From Bilabrum cf. latius (Eukaryota): 64,000 bases of DNA. Below are positions 38,124-50,573 of this stretch, piece after piece. The stretch is taken from the NCBI GenBank assembly GCA_965178125.1, contig OZ237767.1, positions 744,001 to 808,000 on the forward strand, written 5' to 3'. The notes under the pieces are model-generated. The model was given only the letters and a program-made list of their open reading frames with translations, did no database searches and had not been told where the DNA came from. Made by a program: the position numbers and the translations under genes. Every line of letters starts with the position of its first letter. Position 1 is the stretch's first letter.

Positions 38124-40439
38124 ATGAAAAGAACCTTTGATACGTTCGGGCGGTACATTGCTCGTGCTGGACACCGTTGTAGGGGGCCCAAGTTTCACAT
38201 CCCCTTCAAGACATTTGGATCCACAACTACGCGTCCGAAATCTGGGTTCTCCTCAAAGCCCCCCAAGATTTCGGTACCAGCAGCTCTAAGCTCCACATAT
38301 GGGTCCGACTTTGACTGCTCAACCACATCTTAGCGGGGTCGTTCTCGCCGATACTTTAGAATGCTTTAGAGACTTGGCACTCAGGCTGTAGGTGCGATGG
38401 CAAGTAGAGGCTCACTGACACTTGCAGCTGGCACATGCGCAGGCATATGGACCATAGCGGCCATTGAAGCCATGGTTCTTCTGTCAGGCGGTGGCAGTGT
38501 TGCTGCAGTCTCAAGCCATGCCCTATTTGTTTGGGCCTACGGTGCCGTATAGGTCTTGCCATCGTGCATCTGGTCCACTGTTCCGGCCGAAACAGTTGCT
38601 GCAGCGTTCGAAGTCTCAATTTAGTCCGATTCGCATGGTGTGCCGCCGGCTACTGCTGTGGTCGTGGAAGCAATGGAGGGGGTGGCAAGCCAGCCTTTGC
38701 CCGATCCACGCTCGACGAGTACTGGCGGTGCTATCAACGCTAACGTTGTGGCAGAATCGCGCCGCCAATTGTGCATCCATATGCTGCAGTCGTGTCGGTC
38801 ATTGCTTGGGGGTTCTGTTCTCCTGTCACAGGTGTTTCGTGCGATCGGTCTCTCACAGCGAGCTGTGGCAGGCCTCGAGGCACGCACGAGCTCTGGGCGC
38901 GAGTCGATGCTGCCAGGCGTCAGAGAGAGAGTAGTCCGTCTGTCGGGGCGCTCTAGCGATGCGACGGCGCTCAGTCTCCGGATCCATGGCGAGCACGTCG
39001 TCCCTGTCTTCGAGGAGCCCCGCCGCATCGCCCACCTGGTGACTGCCGTCCAGCGAGCCGCCGGTGCGCCCGTGCCAGTCTTCTGGAGGGTGGAGCCTGG
39101 GGAGTACGGCTTCCGGCACTCGTGGGAGGGGATCGGATTCCACGATGAATGGCTCGTGCGCACGTCCACGGGCCGGCGGCTGCTGGTGGTGGAGGCAGAC
39201 GCGACTAACTCGGAGGAGGCGCTGGCTCTGGGGGGTGGCAGCAAGGACCTGTCTCTTGAAGATGCCACGCAGGCTGCAAGGGTGCTGGAGCGGGCTGCAA
39301 GGAAGCAGCTCTCCGCGGGTCGGTTTCGCATGCTTCGCGTATTTCTCGGGGACTCGCGGCAGGAGTTCGAGTCTGGGAGCGGCGTGCGGGTGTCGCTGCG
39401 AGACAGGGTGCGAGCCCACCGCAGCATGGACGTGGTCATCGACAGCAGAGCCCCGGTGCTGCTGGCGCTACTTAAATGGACAGGCCGTCTCGCTCATTAG
39501 CTGCGGCTGAAACGGACCAAGGACGGCGATGGTGCTGGAGCCTCTACGGGCACCAGCAGCAGGAGAGGCCGTGCAGAGAACGACGACCATGCGAACGGCG
39601 CGAGAGGGCTGTCTTGGATGCAGCGCCGGTGGCAGCCCTCGGACTGGTTCGGTGGGGTCAGGGGGGATTGGAGCGGGAAGCAGCAGGAGCAAGAGGGCGT
39701 GGGGTTTTCTGAGGAACAGGACCAGGGTCAGGGGGGTGACGGTCAGACTGCACCAGGCCTTGAGGAACCAAGCAGCATGCCGCTGCTTTCGGACGATCAC
39801 CTGCACAGCTGTGCGCCCATACACGCAGACGACTCAGATGCGACAGGTAGTAGCGTGCGCCCTGCCCTGGTGCTGTCCACCAGCGAGCCCGACTACTTCG
39901 CGTCACTGTCCTCGCTGCTGGGCGAGTATGGCTTCCATGTGATCGACCATGCCGCCCTGACGGCCGATCAGGCGGTGCAGCTGCCGCACGTGTTTTACCA
40001 CCGCACCACCGCTGAGACAGTGACTGCTGCCATGGACCTGGTGCGTGCTGGGGCGGTGGAACCCCGGTTGTGTTGTGCGATCGTTGATAAGGTGGAGGGT
40101 GCGGAAGACCTAAGGGAGTTCATGGGCGAGAGGGCGGCGGCTAGTGCCAGTGCCAGTGCCAGTGCCGGCAAGTCAACCCAGGGACGCAGAGACTCAAGCG
40201 GGCCCCCGGATTCGTAGCAGGCCATCGAAGCAGAGTCGGCGCCCGAAATGGAGATAGTATGTGCCGCGGAGCTGTACGAGTCGTTATTTCATCAGGTGCG
40301 CGAATGGGCCCGCGAAGGTCTCCCAGCAGGGCAGATTCAGGGTATGCTGGATGAGACGTTTGGCGACGTGCTACAGCAGTAGGCTGGGCTCGAATCAACC
40401 GTAGAAGAGGAAGCCTCCCGTGGCGAAAGCTCGCGGTAA
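38124..40439 (+). CDS. Hypothetical protein of ~770 aa with N-terminal hydrophobic segments (TAG=Gln)
   Basis: ORFs 38124, 38640 and 39618 share a frame and are separated only by TAG; ends in TAA 40437-40439. No family recognised; start uncertain. Confidence 0.6.
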
Positions 40440-40572
40440 CGCACGTTGGCCAGGCACAATAAGTCTGAATTGCATGCCGCAGTGTACTACATTAGTAAAC
40501 TGCACCTCACAACAAAAGGATCTCGCAGCGCAGCCGCCGTTCTCACGCGCAGAATTGAGCTACATTTTAGTC

Positions 40573-43522
40573 ATGGCCGCATTGAAGCCGTTCAGGTTTT
40601 CGAGCTGTGATTTCGGGGCCTTTTGGGGGGCCGGTAATCAGATTAACAAGGGCGACAAGTTCATGATACCAGACCCCACAAAGCCGGAGGATGGCTATGT
40701 CGAGCCAGAGCCCGAGATCGTACAGGGTTTTACAGACAGCACTTTTGATGCACTTACAGGGCGAATTGAGTCTGCCGGCTCTCACTTGGATCTCGACCGC
40801 TCCATTGTGTACCTGAAAGTGTTTGGCATTCACCTGTTGCGCCACAAGCTTCGCGACGGCGTGGATGGATTCAGGGGCGATCAGGTTGTAACCCCAAAGC
40901 TTTTTAATACGCTGTCTGCTTTGGCCAAAAAAGAGGACTTGGGCGAAACGGATATCGAGAAAAGCAAGCTGGTAGAATCTGCGTGAGAACCGGACCTGTG
41001 GAATCACCCGAGAATCTCGCTCGCCAAACATGCTCATTCGCCTTGCGCCCGCTCCCTGACGCATCAATGCAGATTCACAAACCCTGTTAAGGAGTATCTC
41101 ATCAACTAGTGCCTTCCCAAGCTCCGCGAGAAGACCGGTGACGCCCTTTTGATCGAGTTCAGGAACCGATGGGAGGAGCACAAGATCCTCACCGACTGGC
41201 TTCGCCGCATGTATGTATTTATCGATTAGAGAGCCTTCAAGGCAAGCATCGGTGGACCAGACCGAAAATCTCTTACTGGAATTTCAATGCTGCTGTTCCG
41301 CGATGTGAGACTAGCCTCCTGCGAACTCTTCAACCTTGTCTAGAGAGCAGCGCTCTGCGGTGCTGCTGCTGCTGCTGCAGTAGCTTTTCATGCAAATGCC
41401 GTTTTAGCATTTTTTTAAATTCACATCGCAGCTTGTGTTCAAGGCTTCCAAGGCCAGCCTGGTGACTGCGGTTCGAGGGCAGGTCCGACGGGATCGGGAG
41501 GGCGAGGTGGTGGACAGGACGCTGCTTCGGTCTATTGTGCAGCTCATCCTGATCATGGGCGCGCTCGATAAGAAGAAGGATTTTCGCAACAGGATAGACG
41601 TCAACTTGTTCTCGAAATCGGACGATGCTGTCCAGGACAACGATACATACGTCAACGACTTCGAGGCGCCATTCCTGACGGGCAGCGCGGAGGAGTTCGA
41701 GGCCAAGGCGCAGGAGTGGCAGGCCACCGACTCCGTTGCAGCCTATCTGCTCAAGGCGGACAGAGCCATCCAAGACGAGGAAACGCGGTGCCTCAGCTTC
41801 CTGAGCCCGTCGTCCAAGCCCAAGCTGCGGGCGCGGCTCACGAAGGTGCTTATCGAAAAGCGGCTGCAGTGGTGCGTGGATCCAAACGGGACCGGTCTTC
41901 CGGAGATGTTGCGGCAAGACAAGCTGGACGACATCAAGCGCATGTATGAGCTCACGTCCCAGGTGGCCGACGGCAAGGGGTCGGCGGCCATGGGCAAGTG
42001 CGTGGAAGACTTCGTGGTCCAGCAAGGCAAGAGGTATGTGGAGGACCGCCGAACTTCCCTCACGGCAGCGCCTGTCGCACCGAAGGCTGCTGCCTCTGCA
42101 GGGACTGCGGATGGAAAGGGTGACGACAAGGGGAAGAAGAAGCGCCCCGCGAAGGTGCATCGCCCCGTGACGCATGACCCCGACTTTGTTGAGAAGCTGA
42201 TCAAGCAGCACGTCCGCTTCCAGGACATTATTGAGAAACAGATGGAGAGCGATACCGTGGTGGCTCGCAGCTTTGCTGAAGCAGTCAAGACCACAGTCAA
42301 CACGAGAGCCATGGGTGACAAGGATCCGCACCCCACGTTCGAGCTGCTGGCCGCCTTTGCTGACATGGTGCTGCGGGGCAAGCACAAGGGCGAGCGGTTG
42401 TCCGAAGAGAAGATCCAGTACTACGTCAAGCAGGTACACGACCTGTTCTACTTTGTCAGCGACAAGGACCTTTTCAAAGAGCACTACCAGAACTACCTCT
42501 CGGCCCGGCTGCTGCAGGGCAAGACGGCGTCCGACAGCGCCGAGGAGGCGATGCTGGGCATGATGAAGACCTCGCAGGGGATGCAGTTCACGCTGCAGCT
42601 AGAAAACATGATCCAGGACTACAAGCTCAAGGATGACTCCATGACAGCACACCCAACCGCCTGGTCTCGCGAAGGACAGGCCCTTATCGCAAGCTCTGGG
42701 GATTCGCGCGCGGTGGCGGTGAGCTGCGTGGGTGGGACTCCGTTCGGGTTCGGCTGCAAGGTGCTGTGCGGCGCATACTGGCCCACGCAGTCCCCGGCTA
42801 AAGACCTACCGCCCCCTGCTCCCATGCAGGCGGCCATCGACCACCATATGGCTGCGTACATGCAGGCTCACAAGGACAACCGCAAGCTCGAGTACTCGAT
42901 GCAGGAGGGCACTGCCGAGCTGTCCTTCCGACCCAAGAGCGACTCTAGGCTGTACGTCGTGAATACCTCCACCGTGCAGTGCGCTGCCATCCTCACGGTG
43001 CAGGACCTGCAGGCCCAGGGCAAGACGCCGACCATCGGGAGCCTCACCTCGGCTCTCAAGCTGACTATCCCCGTTCTCAAGCGGGTGCTAGACCCAATGC
43101 TGATCCCTGGCAAATGCGGGCCAAAGGTGCCTCCTCTGCTCAAGGTCAACATCAAGAAAGACCCCGCCATCAAGAAGGCCCGGGTGGCAGCAGGCGGCCT
43201 GCATCACGAGGACTCCGTCGTGGTCAACACTGGCTTTTCGGCACGGAGCGCCAAGATCACTGTGCCGGTGCTCTCGTTAAACATTAACGCCAAGCCCAAG
43301 GCCGCCGAGAACCGCACGCATGTAATTGACGCCTGCCTGGTCCGTGTGATGAAGAGTCGCAAGGCGCTGGACGTGCAAGAGCTCATCTCGGAGGCAGTGA
43401 AGCAGATCCGCATGTTCGACCTGGATGTGCGCCAGTGCAGGCAGCGCATCGACTACCTGATCGACAAGGAGTACTTTGAGCGGGACGAGGACGACAGCAG
43501 GAAGCTGACCTACCTGGCATGA
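40573..43522 (+). CDS. Cullin (CUL1-like); introns 40983-41072 and 41305-41431
   Basis: LPKLREK..RWEEHKILTDWLRRMY, YVNDFEAPFL, SDKDLFKEHYQNYLSARLL, LENMIQD and neddylation motif IDACLVRVMKSRK..RIDYLIDKEYFERD. Two TAGs lie in exon 2; TGA stop. Confidence 0.9.
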
Positions 43523-43735
43523 GTGGCATGGGGACTCGGTACTTTTGTTGCAGTTGCATTGCATTGTATTGCAGTCTCTTTTCGCTCAATCCTCAATCGG
43601 TCCTCAGCAAGCTAGGCTGCTACAAGCTGAGCTGCAAGAGAGCTGCCTTGCTCGTTCATTCACTTGTCACACTCACCTAGGTGTAGTTGTCTGGGCCCCC
43701 CCTATTCTGCCCACTGCGCCACTTCAGCGTTAGCT

Positions 43736-46700
43736 TCACAGGCCACCGACCACCGCGCCGCTCTCTCCCTCAAAGAACCCGAGCAGAGACTGCCCCACCT
43801 TTGGAGACCCAGCCTCCGACTGACTGGCAATCGACTCCAAGTCCTGTCCCTCTGGCGAAGGGGGCAGCATACCGGCTCTCAGGCTCGACTCATGGGCCTC
43901 GTCCATCGCGCCCTGTTCCTGCTTGTCCGCCTGCCGCCCGCAATCTAGCCGGCTCTTCGCATTACGGACCCGCTGCTTCCAGTCGCTCTTCTTGCTGCTC
44001 CCAACAGCCCCGCTCCTCGCGTTGCCTCTCTTGGATGAGCCCAATACTGGGGCTCTTGCTGTGCGACCCCCCCTGAAGCTGCCAGCAGTGCTGGCGGCGC
44101 TCCCCTTCGGCTGCTGGCTGGGCCTCCTGAGGTGTATCGGGGTCGCGGGTGGGACTGCACCTGCGGTCGTGCGGGTTGTCTTCTTCTTGGTGGCAGAAGC
44201 AGCACCTCGGCGCTGGGCCGGCCGAGCAAGCCGCATGGGCGTCTTGGGTGGCAGTCGGGAGCTCGCTCTAGCCGGGGGCGCTGCGCTTCGAGCGGCACCA
44301 AGTGCTGGTTCGCGCGCGTGCTCTCCACCAGCCTGCGCGTCGCTTCCACATGAGAGTGGCCTCCACTCGCTGGGGCCCGCCCGGTCCTTTTTCGCAGACG
44401 GAGCCCGGACCGACCTGCGGCTGCCGCGGCTACCCTGGCTCTCGAGCGAGTCGCGGGAGGCCTGGGCAGCGGATCGAGTGGCCTCGGCGGCTATCTATCG
44501 CTGTCTGGCCACCTCCTTGCGCAGCTTTTCTATCTCCTTGTCTCGGTCCTGGCACCGAGCCTTCTCCCGGGCCAGCTGGGTCCTCGCCCGCAGCAGGTCC
44601 TGCTTGGCGCGTGTGGCGCCAGCACCCGAATCTGCCCCGCTCGGCCCTGCTCCCTGCTGCCTCTTGGCGGCGGCTCGCCCAAGTTGGACCTTGGCCGCCC
44701 GCACCGCGAACTCCAACGTGCACGTGCTCTCCTGCGCATCGGCGCTTACCGGTGAGACGTGAGCGAACAGGATCGCCCTGCCGCCACTGCCCGGGGTCAG
44801 GCAAGGCGACAGCAGGCTCGTCAGCGCGGAGTCTCGGAACGGCACATGGGGAGACTTGCGCTGCAGGGCTGCGAGCACGCTCCCCAGCGTGCTCAGGCTC
44901 TAGTTGATGTGCTGTGCCTCCTTGCGAGCACTACCCACGGCACCTGACCTGGCCAGCCGTTCGGACCCTGCTAGATCCACCAGAGTCAGAACGCCTTCCC
45001 TGAACTCAGCCGGGGGTGCGTCGCTTCCGTCGTCACGATCTGACTCGCCCGCTAGGCCTGCAGTCAGCCGTGCTCTCACTCTCACCACGAGGTGCGATCG
45101 GGAGGACCGCTCGTTCATGTCAGTCTTGGACGAGGCGCGCTGCTCCAGACCGTGCAGTACCGCCCGCATCACCTCGCGGGGCTCGTGCACGGCCTGCTCG
45201 GCGAGACCCTCCAGTAGGACACCCCCATGACTCGGGTGCTCCGAGGCTGCAGCTCGACTGGGGTCCACCATACGGGCTAGCACCTTGCGGGGTCCTGCAG
45301 TCGAGTCGTCAGCCGCGGATAGCCTGGGCAGCAGGTCCCTGATCTGCTCGTTGTAGATCTCCATCATGCTCAGGTGCAGCTCAACGGTGCCCTCCCCGCA
45401 TGCCCTTACCTCCTCTGCGGCTTCGAACAGCTGCAGCACGGCCCGCGGGATGAGGCCAGCCTGGGCCAACTCTGGGCCGGCACCATCCCCGGCTTGCTCG
45501 TTCCCAGCGGCTCCCGGCTCGGCAGCAAGATGAGTAGAGTACTCCTCCGGGCCTAGCATGGTGTACGTCTTGCCAGATCCAGTTTGCCCGTAGCTCAGCA
45601 CGGCGCAGTCCACACCCTGCACCACGGATGCAACGCTGTCCCTCACCTCGGAGAAACACTCCTGCTGGGTAGATGCGGGGCCGTGCACGCTGTCCACATC
45701 AAAGGAGCGGACAGACTTGCGGCTGCCTTCTCGTGTGCCTCCAGACTCAGTGTCCACCAGAAGCCTGCCCTCGCCCGTGGCAGTGGCCCCGGGAGCCACC
45801 CGAAGCGCCTCCACGTCCTCCCTGGCCTGTGCCCCCGAGCGGCGTGGGGGCGGCCTCACCCTCACCACGACCCGGATGGCGCCCTTCAGTTCTGCCACCT
45901 GGTTGCGGAGAGCACGCGCCTCCTTCACTGCGAGCCTTACCCTGGCCTGCAGCTCCTGGGCCTGCTGGCTGGCCTTCTCTTGCGCCTGCTGCCTCTCGAG
46001 GCGAGCATCCTGCAGCGCCCGCCCCAGTGCCTCTGCCTCCTGCTGCGCTTTTGCCGCGCGGCAAGCGGCCGCCTCGAGAGCTTGAGAGCCTTCTTTCGCA
46101 CTAGAGGTTGCCGATGCATCCTGCTCTGCCCGTGCACTCTCCATCTCCCGCCGGGCCAGGTCCAGCTCAGCCCTCGCCGCCTCCAAGTCAGCGCGCACAG
46201 CGGACAGCTCGTGCTCGTGAGACTCTTGAGCGGCAAGGGACGAAGCCGCGGAATTATCTCTCCTCAATTTGCGCGCATGCGCTGCTTCTTCTTGCGCTCG
46301 TTGTGCCTGCTGCTCTGCACTTGCTGCTCGCTTGAGCGCTGCAACACGGGCAGCATCCGTTCCAACTCGTGCCTACTCTGCTTGTCTCGCGCGATACCGG
46401 GCGTCCCTCAGGCCTTCCTGGGCCCTCTTTGCATCTTGTTTGCACTCCTCTAGCTGCTGCTCGGCAGAACTCGCTCTCGATTCGGCTAGCTGGACTGCAA
46501 CCGAGAGTCGTTGCAGCTCAGCTTTCATCGCTGAAACCTTCGACTTCGTCGTGTCCAGGGTCACCTTGTGAGCGTCAGAAGATCTTTTTTTCTCCATTGT
46601 TGTTGTGATTGCATCGCAGTGAGTTCGGGCGAGGTCGGACTTTAGCTATTCGTTGGTCCGCTCCAAGATCTCTCGCGAGCGCTCAGACTCTTCCAGAGCA

Positions 46701-46957
46701 TCTCGCAGCTTCATTAGCTCTGACGCTTGCAACGACATTTCGTTTTCAAACTTTCGAGATAGTTCTCTCTCCCGTTGCTTCATCTCCAGCTTGTGGTCCT
46801 CATCCCGTCGCTGTATCTCTTGCAGCAGCACTTGCGTCTCCTCGGACTCGGACACGCCATCTATTGCACTGCTCGCCCCGCTTCTCTACAAAATTGATGC
46901 TTTATTACGTTCAATTAAAGGTTGACTGCCTTCAGCCTTGGTGAAAAACCCAAACAT
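43736..46957 (-). CDS. Kinesin-14 (KIFC3-like): N-terminal coiled coil, motor domain, basic tail (TAG=Gln)
   Basis: Neck LRNQVAELKGAIRVVVRVRP, P-loop YGQTGSGKTYTM, NERSSRSH, LVDLAGSER and HVPFRDSALT. TAGs at 46646, 46373, 44900 and 44495 are in frame; TGA 43736-43738. The start ATG at 46957 is inferred. Confidence 0.88.
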
Positions 46958-47137
46958 GCTCCAATTGCTCAACCTTTCGGAATGGCGCGAACCGCAACTC
47001 TCACCAAACCGGAACAACTCGGGAAAACAGAACGTTCGTCACGCGGGGCTTCAAAGTTCGTTTCTCTGATCCGGGATCCTCCCGACAGTCCTGCAGAAAC
47101 ACGTTCACAGGGACTTGTCATCAAGCAAAAGTTTAGC

Positions 47138-48757
47138 ATGCTAGTTTTGAGCTTGGTGGCGCTGGTATCGAGTTCGAGTGCTTAGAATGATGGATTCTAT
47201 TCTGGAAGATCGGAGTGGACGCGTCATTTGCTCGGTATGCCTAAACGCACAACCGTGATGACCGCCCAACAGATCATGTATGATCGCCATCTGCACGTGC
47301 GCTCTCAATCAAGCAACCAGTCTGCATGGATCTCGGTGCTAGATTACGGTGCAGACCCAACAGGCGAGTCTGACAGCTCCACAGCTGTGCTTGCCGCGTT
47401 GTCGGCGGCTGCAAACTTGTCATCACGAGCCGATCCAAACGTAGGGTCGGCTGATGTCCAAGTGAGCCTTGAAGGGGGTTTGTACCGCATCGACTCGCCG
47501 CTCCAGATTCCAGGCAACTCCAAGGGTGTCTCGCTCGTCGATGGCGCACTAGTCGCTGGGCCGGGGTTCCCATCATCGAGGCACATGATCGAGGTGATGC
47601 CGCAGCCGGGGACTGGCACTCCGACAGAATTAGCGTTTACGAATCTCGTGCTGGATGCATCCCACCGAGGGGGGTGCTTCCGCTCGGACAGCATCGTGCA
47701 GATGACCGTGCAAGAGGTCTTCTTCTTGCACTACTCATCGGAGGGAATCTTGGGGTCCTCGGAGCATGGATCCGGGCACGAGCTCATGGTGAGCAAGTGC
47801 TTCTTTGCCGAGTACATGTGGGGCGAGCCTGGATTCAACGTGAAGGCCATGAAGACAGGCACCGCCGTGCACATGACCTACCCGGACTCGCACGTGATCG
47901 ACTCGATCATCCGCTGCTCGAAGGTGGGCGTGTACAACGAGGGCGGCTCTAACCTGTTCCAGGGCCTCCACATCTACACCACGTGCGATCACGGATCAGA
48001 CGCTGCCAACATGACGGACGGGTACATTGCGGCCGGCACACAGCAGAGATTCATTGATGGTTACATCGACAGCTGCGTAGCTCGAGTGAAGACGTTCGGG
48101 GGCACTTCAATCCAGAACACGCTATTTTTTGGGCAAGGCCGGCTCGTGCTGGATCCAAAACGTTGGAGCAAGTCCAGCAACTTCGCTCACGTGCAGGGTC
48201 TAATCGTGGAGGGCAACCACTTCACGTGCGCGGGGGCACCATGGGGCCAGGCGTGCGGCAACATGACCATCGAGTCTACCGAGGGTGTGCGGCTGCTGCC
48301 CAACGCGGTTTTTTCCTCCTCCGTCGTGGACAACAACTGGGCGAATGCCCCCGACGCAGCCAGCACCAGGCCGCAGGGACGTGTGTTCTTGAATGCCACC
48401 CTGGCTGAGCTATCGCAGGGGCCGGGCGGTGGCGGTGGCGTGGTGGTGAATGTGACGCTTGATCAGCGGTTTGCTCTACCCGTGACCCTGGCCAAGGTCG
48501 GCCCCGGTGCCACCATTGGCATTGACAGCGAGGCTTCCCCGCTGCGGCGGGTGCAAGCAACCGCCACATCGTCGACGCCCGTAGGTAGCGGCTCGTGTGG
48601 GTCTGCAAGGGTGGCGCCATTGGTAGCAACCCCGCTGTCGCTCGGTGCCGAAGGAACTAGCATGCAGGTGATGGTACACTCGACGTGCCAGGTCCAAGGT
48701 GCGGACTCTTCGCAGATCTCCGTGGGTGTGTATGTCCAGGCGGATCAGTCCACGTGA
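47138..48757 (+). CDS. Secreted pectin-lyase-fold beta-helix protein, QRT3 polygalacturonase-like (TAG=Gln)
   Basis: Signal peptide MLVLSLVALVSSSSA, then TAG 47183-47185 in frame with the 509-aa ORF. Motifs VLDYGADPTG, LEGGLYRIDSPL, LDASHRGG, GHEL, GTAV and NLFQGLHIY; TGA stop. Confidence 0.75.
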
Positions 48758-48879
48758 TTTGCGCTGCGTGCACGGGGCCTCGAGCGACTGGGGCCTACAT
48801 CCGGACTGTGCGCGCATGCGTGCGATCGAGCGAGCGAGCATGTGTATTCAGATTATCAATCCGTGCAGTCGTGTATTCT

Positions 48880-50398
48880 TTAGTCCAACTCGCCAACAAC
48901 AACCGCAGCCGCTCCCTCCTCGCTGCCAGGCGCCTCACCATCCCCCCCTGCATCCGCCACCGCACCCTCGCTTCCGTCTGCATCTCCAGCTTCAGCCGCA
49001 GCCTTCGCCCCAGACTCGGCAGCTTCGTCCTGCCCTGCGTCCCCCTTTATCCCCGCAGCTGTATCCTCCCCCTCATCCCCCGGCTAGGCTTTCCCTGTGT
49101 CGCGGAGGCTGCTCTCCACTGGCACTGCAGAAGCTGCAGGGGAAGGGGCGGCAGCGCCACCTGCGTCCAGCGGCGGCACATCTTGCTCCTTCGATGCGGT
49201 CGCCTGCTCACTCGCGATGGTAGCATCCTTCGAAACTGCTCCCATGGCCTTCTTGAGCTGCTTGACCGCCCTCCCTTGCAACTGCCGGCACAAACTCTCT
49301 AGCTTCGAGTTGCGGGACTGCAGCCGAGCGCACAGCCGAAGCGCCTCCGCTGCCTCCTCGCCCCTTCGCGCTGCCAGCTTCTCCAGCTCCCGGGTGCGCT
49401 TGTTCAGCATTGAAGAACGCTTACTGGCCTCTTGCAGCGTGCGCGTAGTCTCCGTAATCAAGGCCTGCTGCTCTGAAAGCTGCGCTCTCAGCGCATCTAC
49501 CTCCTTCTGCTTCGAATCCAAGGCATCCTTCTGCTGGTCCATCAGAGCGGCCATTTTCTCAAGGTGGGCCATGGCTTTCGTCGACTTCTCTTCTGCTATC
49601 TATTTTTCCAGCTTTGCGATGCGCAGTTCCGCCACGTGACTTTGCTGAACCATGTCAATCTAGCGCTCGAGTGCAGCGGCGCGGTCGACAGCGCTGCGTA
49701 GTGGGGGCAGAGACAAGTCTAGATCATCTGCCTTAATGACACAAACACATCATGAATACGGTATATAAGCTAGAACTTGCATGAAATTGAAACGGATTAA
49801 CCACAAAGAATACTTACGCCGCCCTGGCCTTGTCGAGGGCCCCGTGGTCGTCAACTTTTTTCATCACATCCTGCGATAACGTACCGGTGGCCCGGATCGG
49901 ATGGACAAGTATTATAGTCGTGCTAACAAGGTGGCAAAGTAGCACTACTAGCAGACTACCCGAGCGCCTCAGCTCAATCAAGTCTGCATGGCTTTAGCCC
50001 AAGCATCTAACCTCAATGCGTCGTTCAAACTCCGCCCTATCCTGCTTTTGCCGCTCAGAAACTTCCAAATTTAGCTTTTCTACCCTTTCTGCGTGAGCCT
50101 TTTGGTGTGCCTCTTGCTCTTTTGCTTTCTGTTTCAAAACAGATGTCAAACGCTGCAACACCTCATTCTACCGCTAAAGCTTCTCAGTCTTTTGTTTTTC
50201 GCTGCCTAATGCACGTTGCGATACTTGTAGATCCCCTTTATGCTGTTCCACCTCAGATTTGAATCGTTTTGTAGCCTCCGTGGCTTGCTGCAGTTGTGCC
50301 CGCAACTACAAACGACTTGATACGTTCTTTTCCTGCTCCGATTTCAAGAGACTCCGAAGCTCTTTGACCTGTTGCTCTAGTCTACCGGTATCAGACAT
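48880..50398 (-). CDS. Taxilin-like coiled-coil protein, two introns (TAG=Gln)
   Basis: Coiled coil ending SKLESLCRQLQ. GT-AG introns at about 50003-49871 and 49817-49694 have compatible phases; several in-frame TAGs; TAA 48880-48882. Confidence 0.7.
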
Positions 50399-50573
50399 GT
50401 GATGGTCAAATTCTGAGCAGAAAAACGCGCTTAAATGACATAACACGCAGATTGGTGAATCGCTCGTCACACTAGTAGGAGTACGCACCGCAGCAGTGCC
50501 CCCAGCCTAGATGTTTATCCACATGTCTGTCCGGTTTCCAGCGGCCGTCGAGGCACGTCATTGCAGTAGAGAC

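Noticed and set aside
41330-42484. Long antisense ORFs (also 17716-18366, 18370-19035, 43923-44762, 45584-46453)
   Set aside because: Shadow ORFs opposite real GC-rich genes, with no recognisable motifs.
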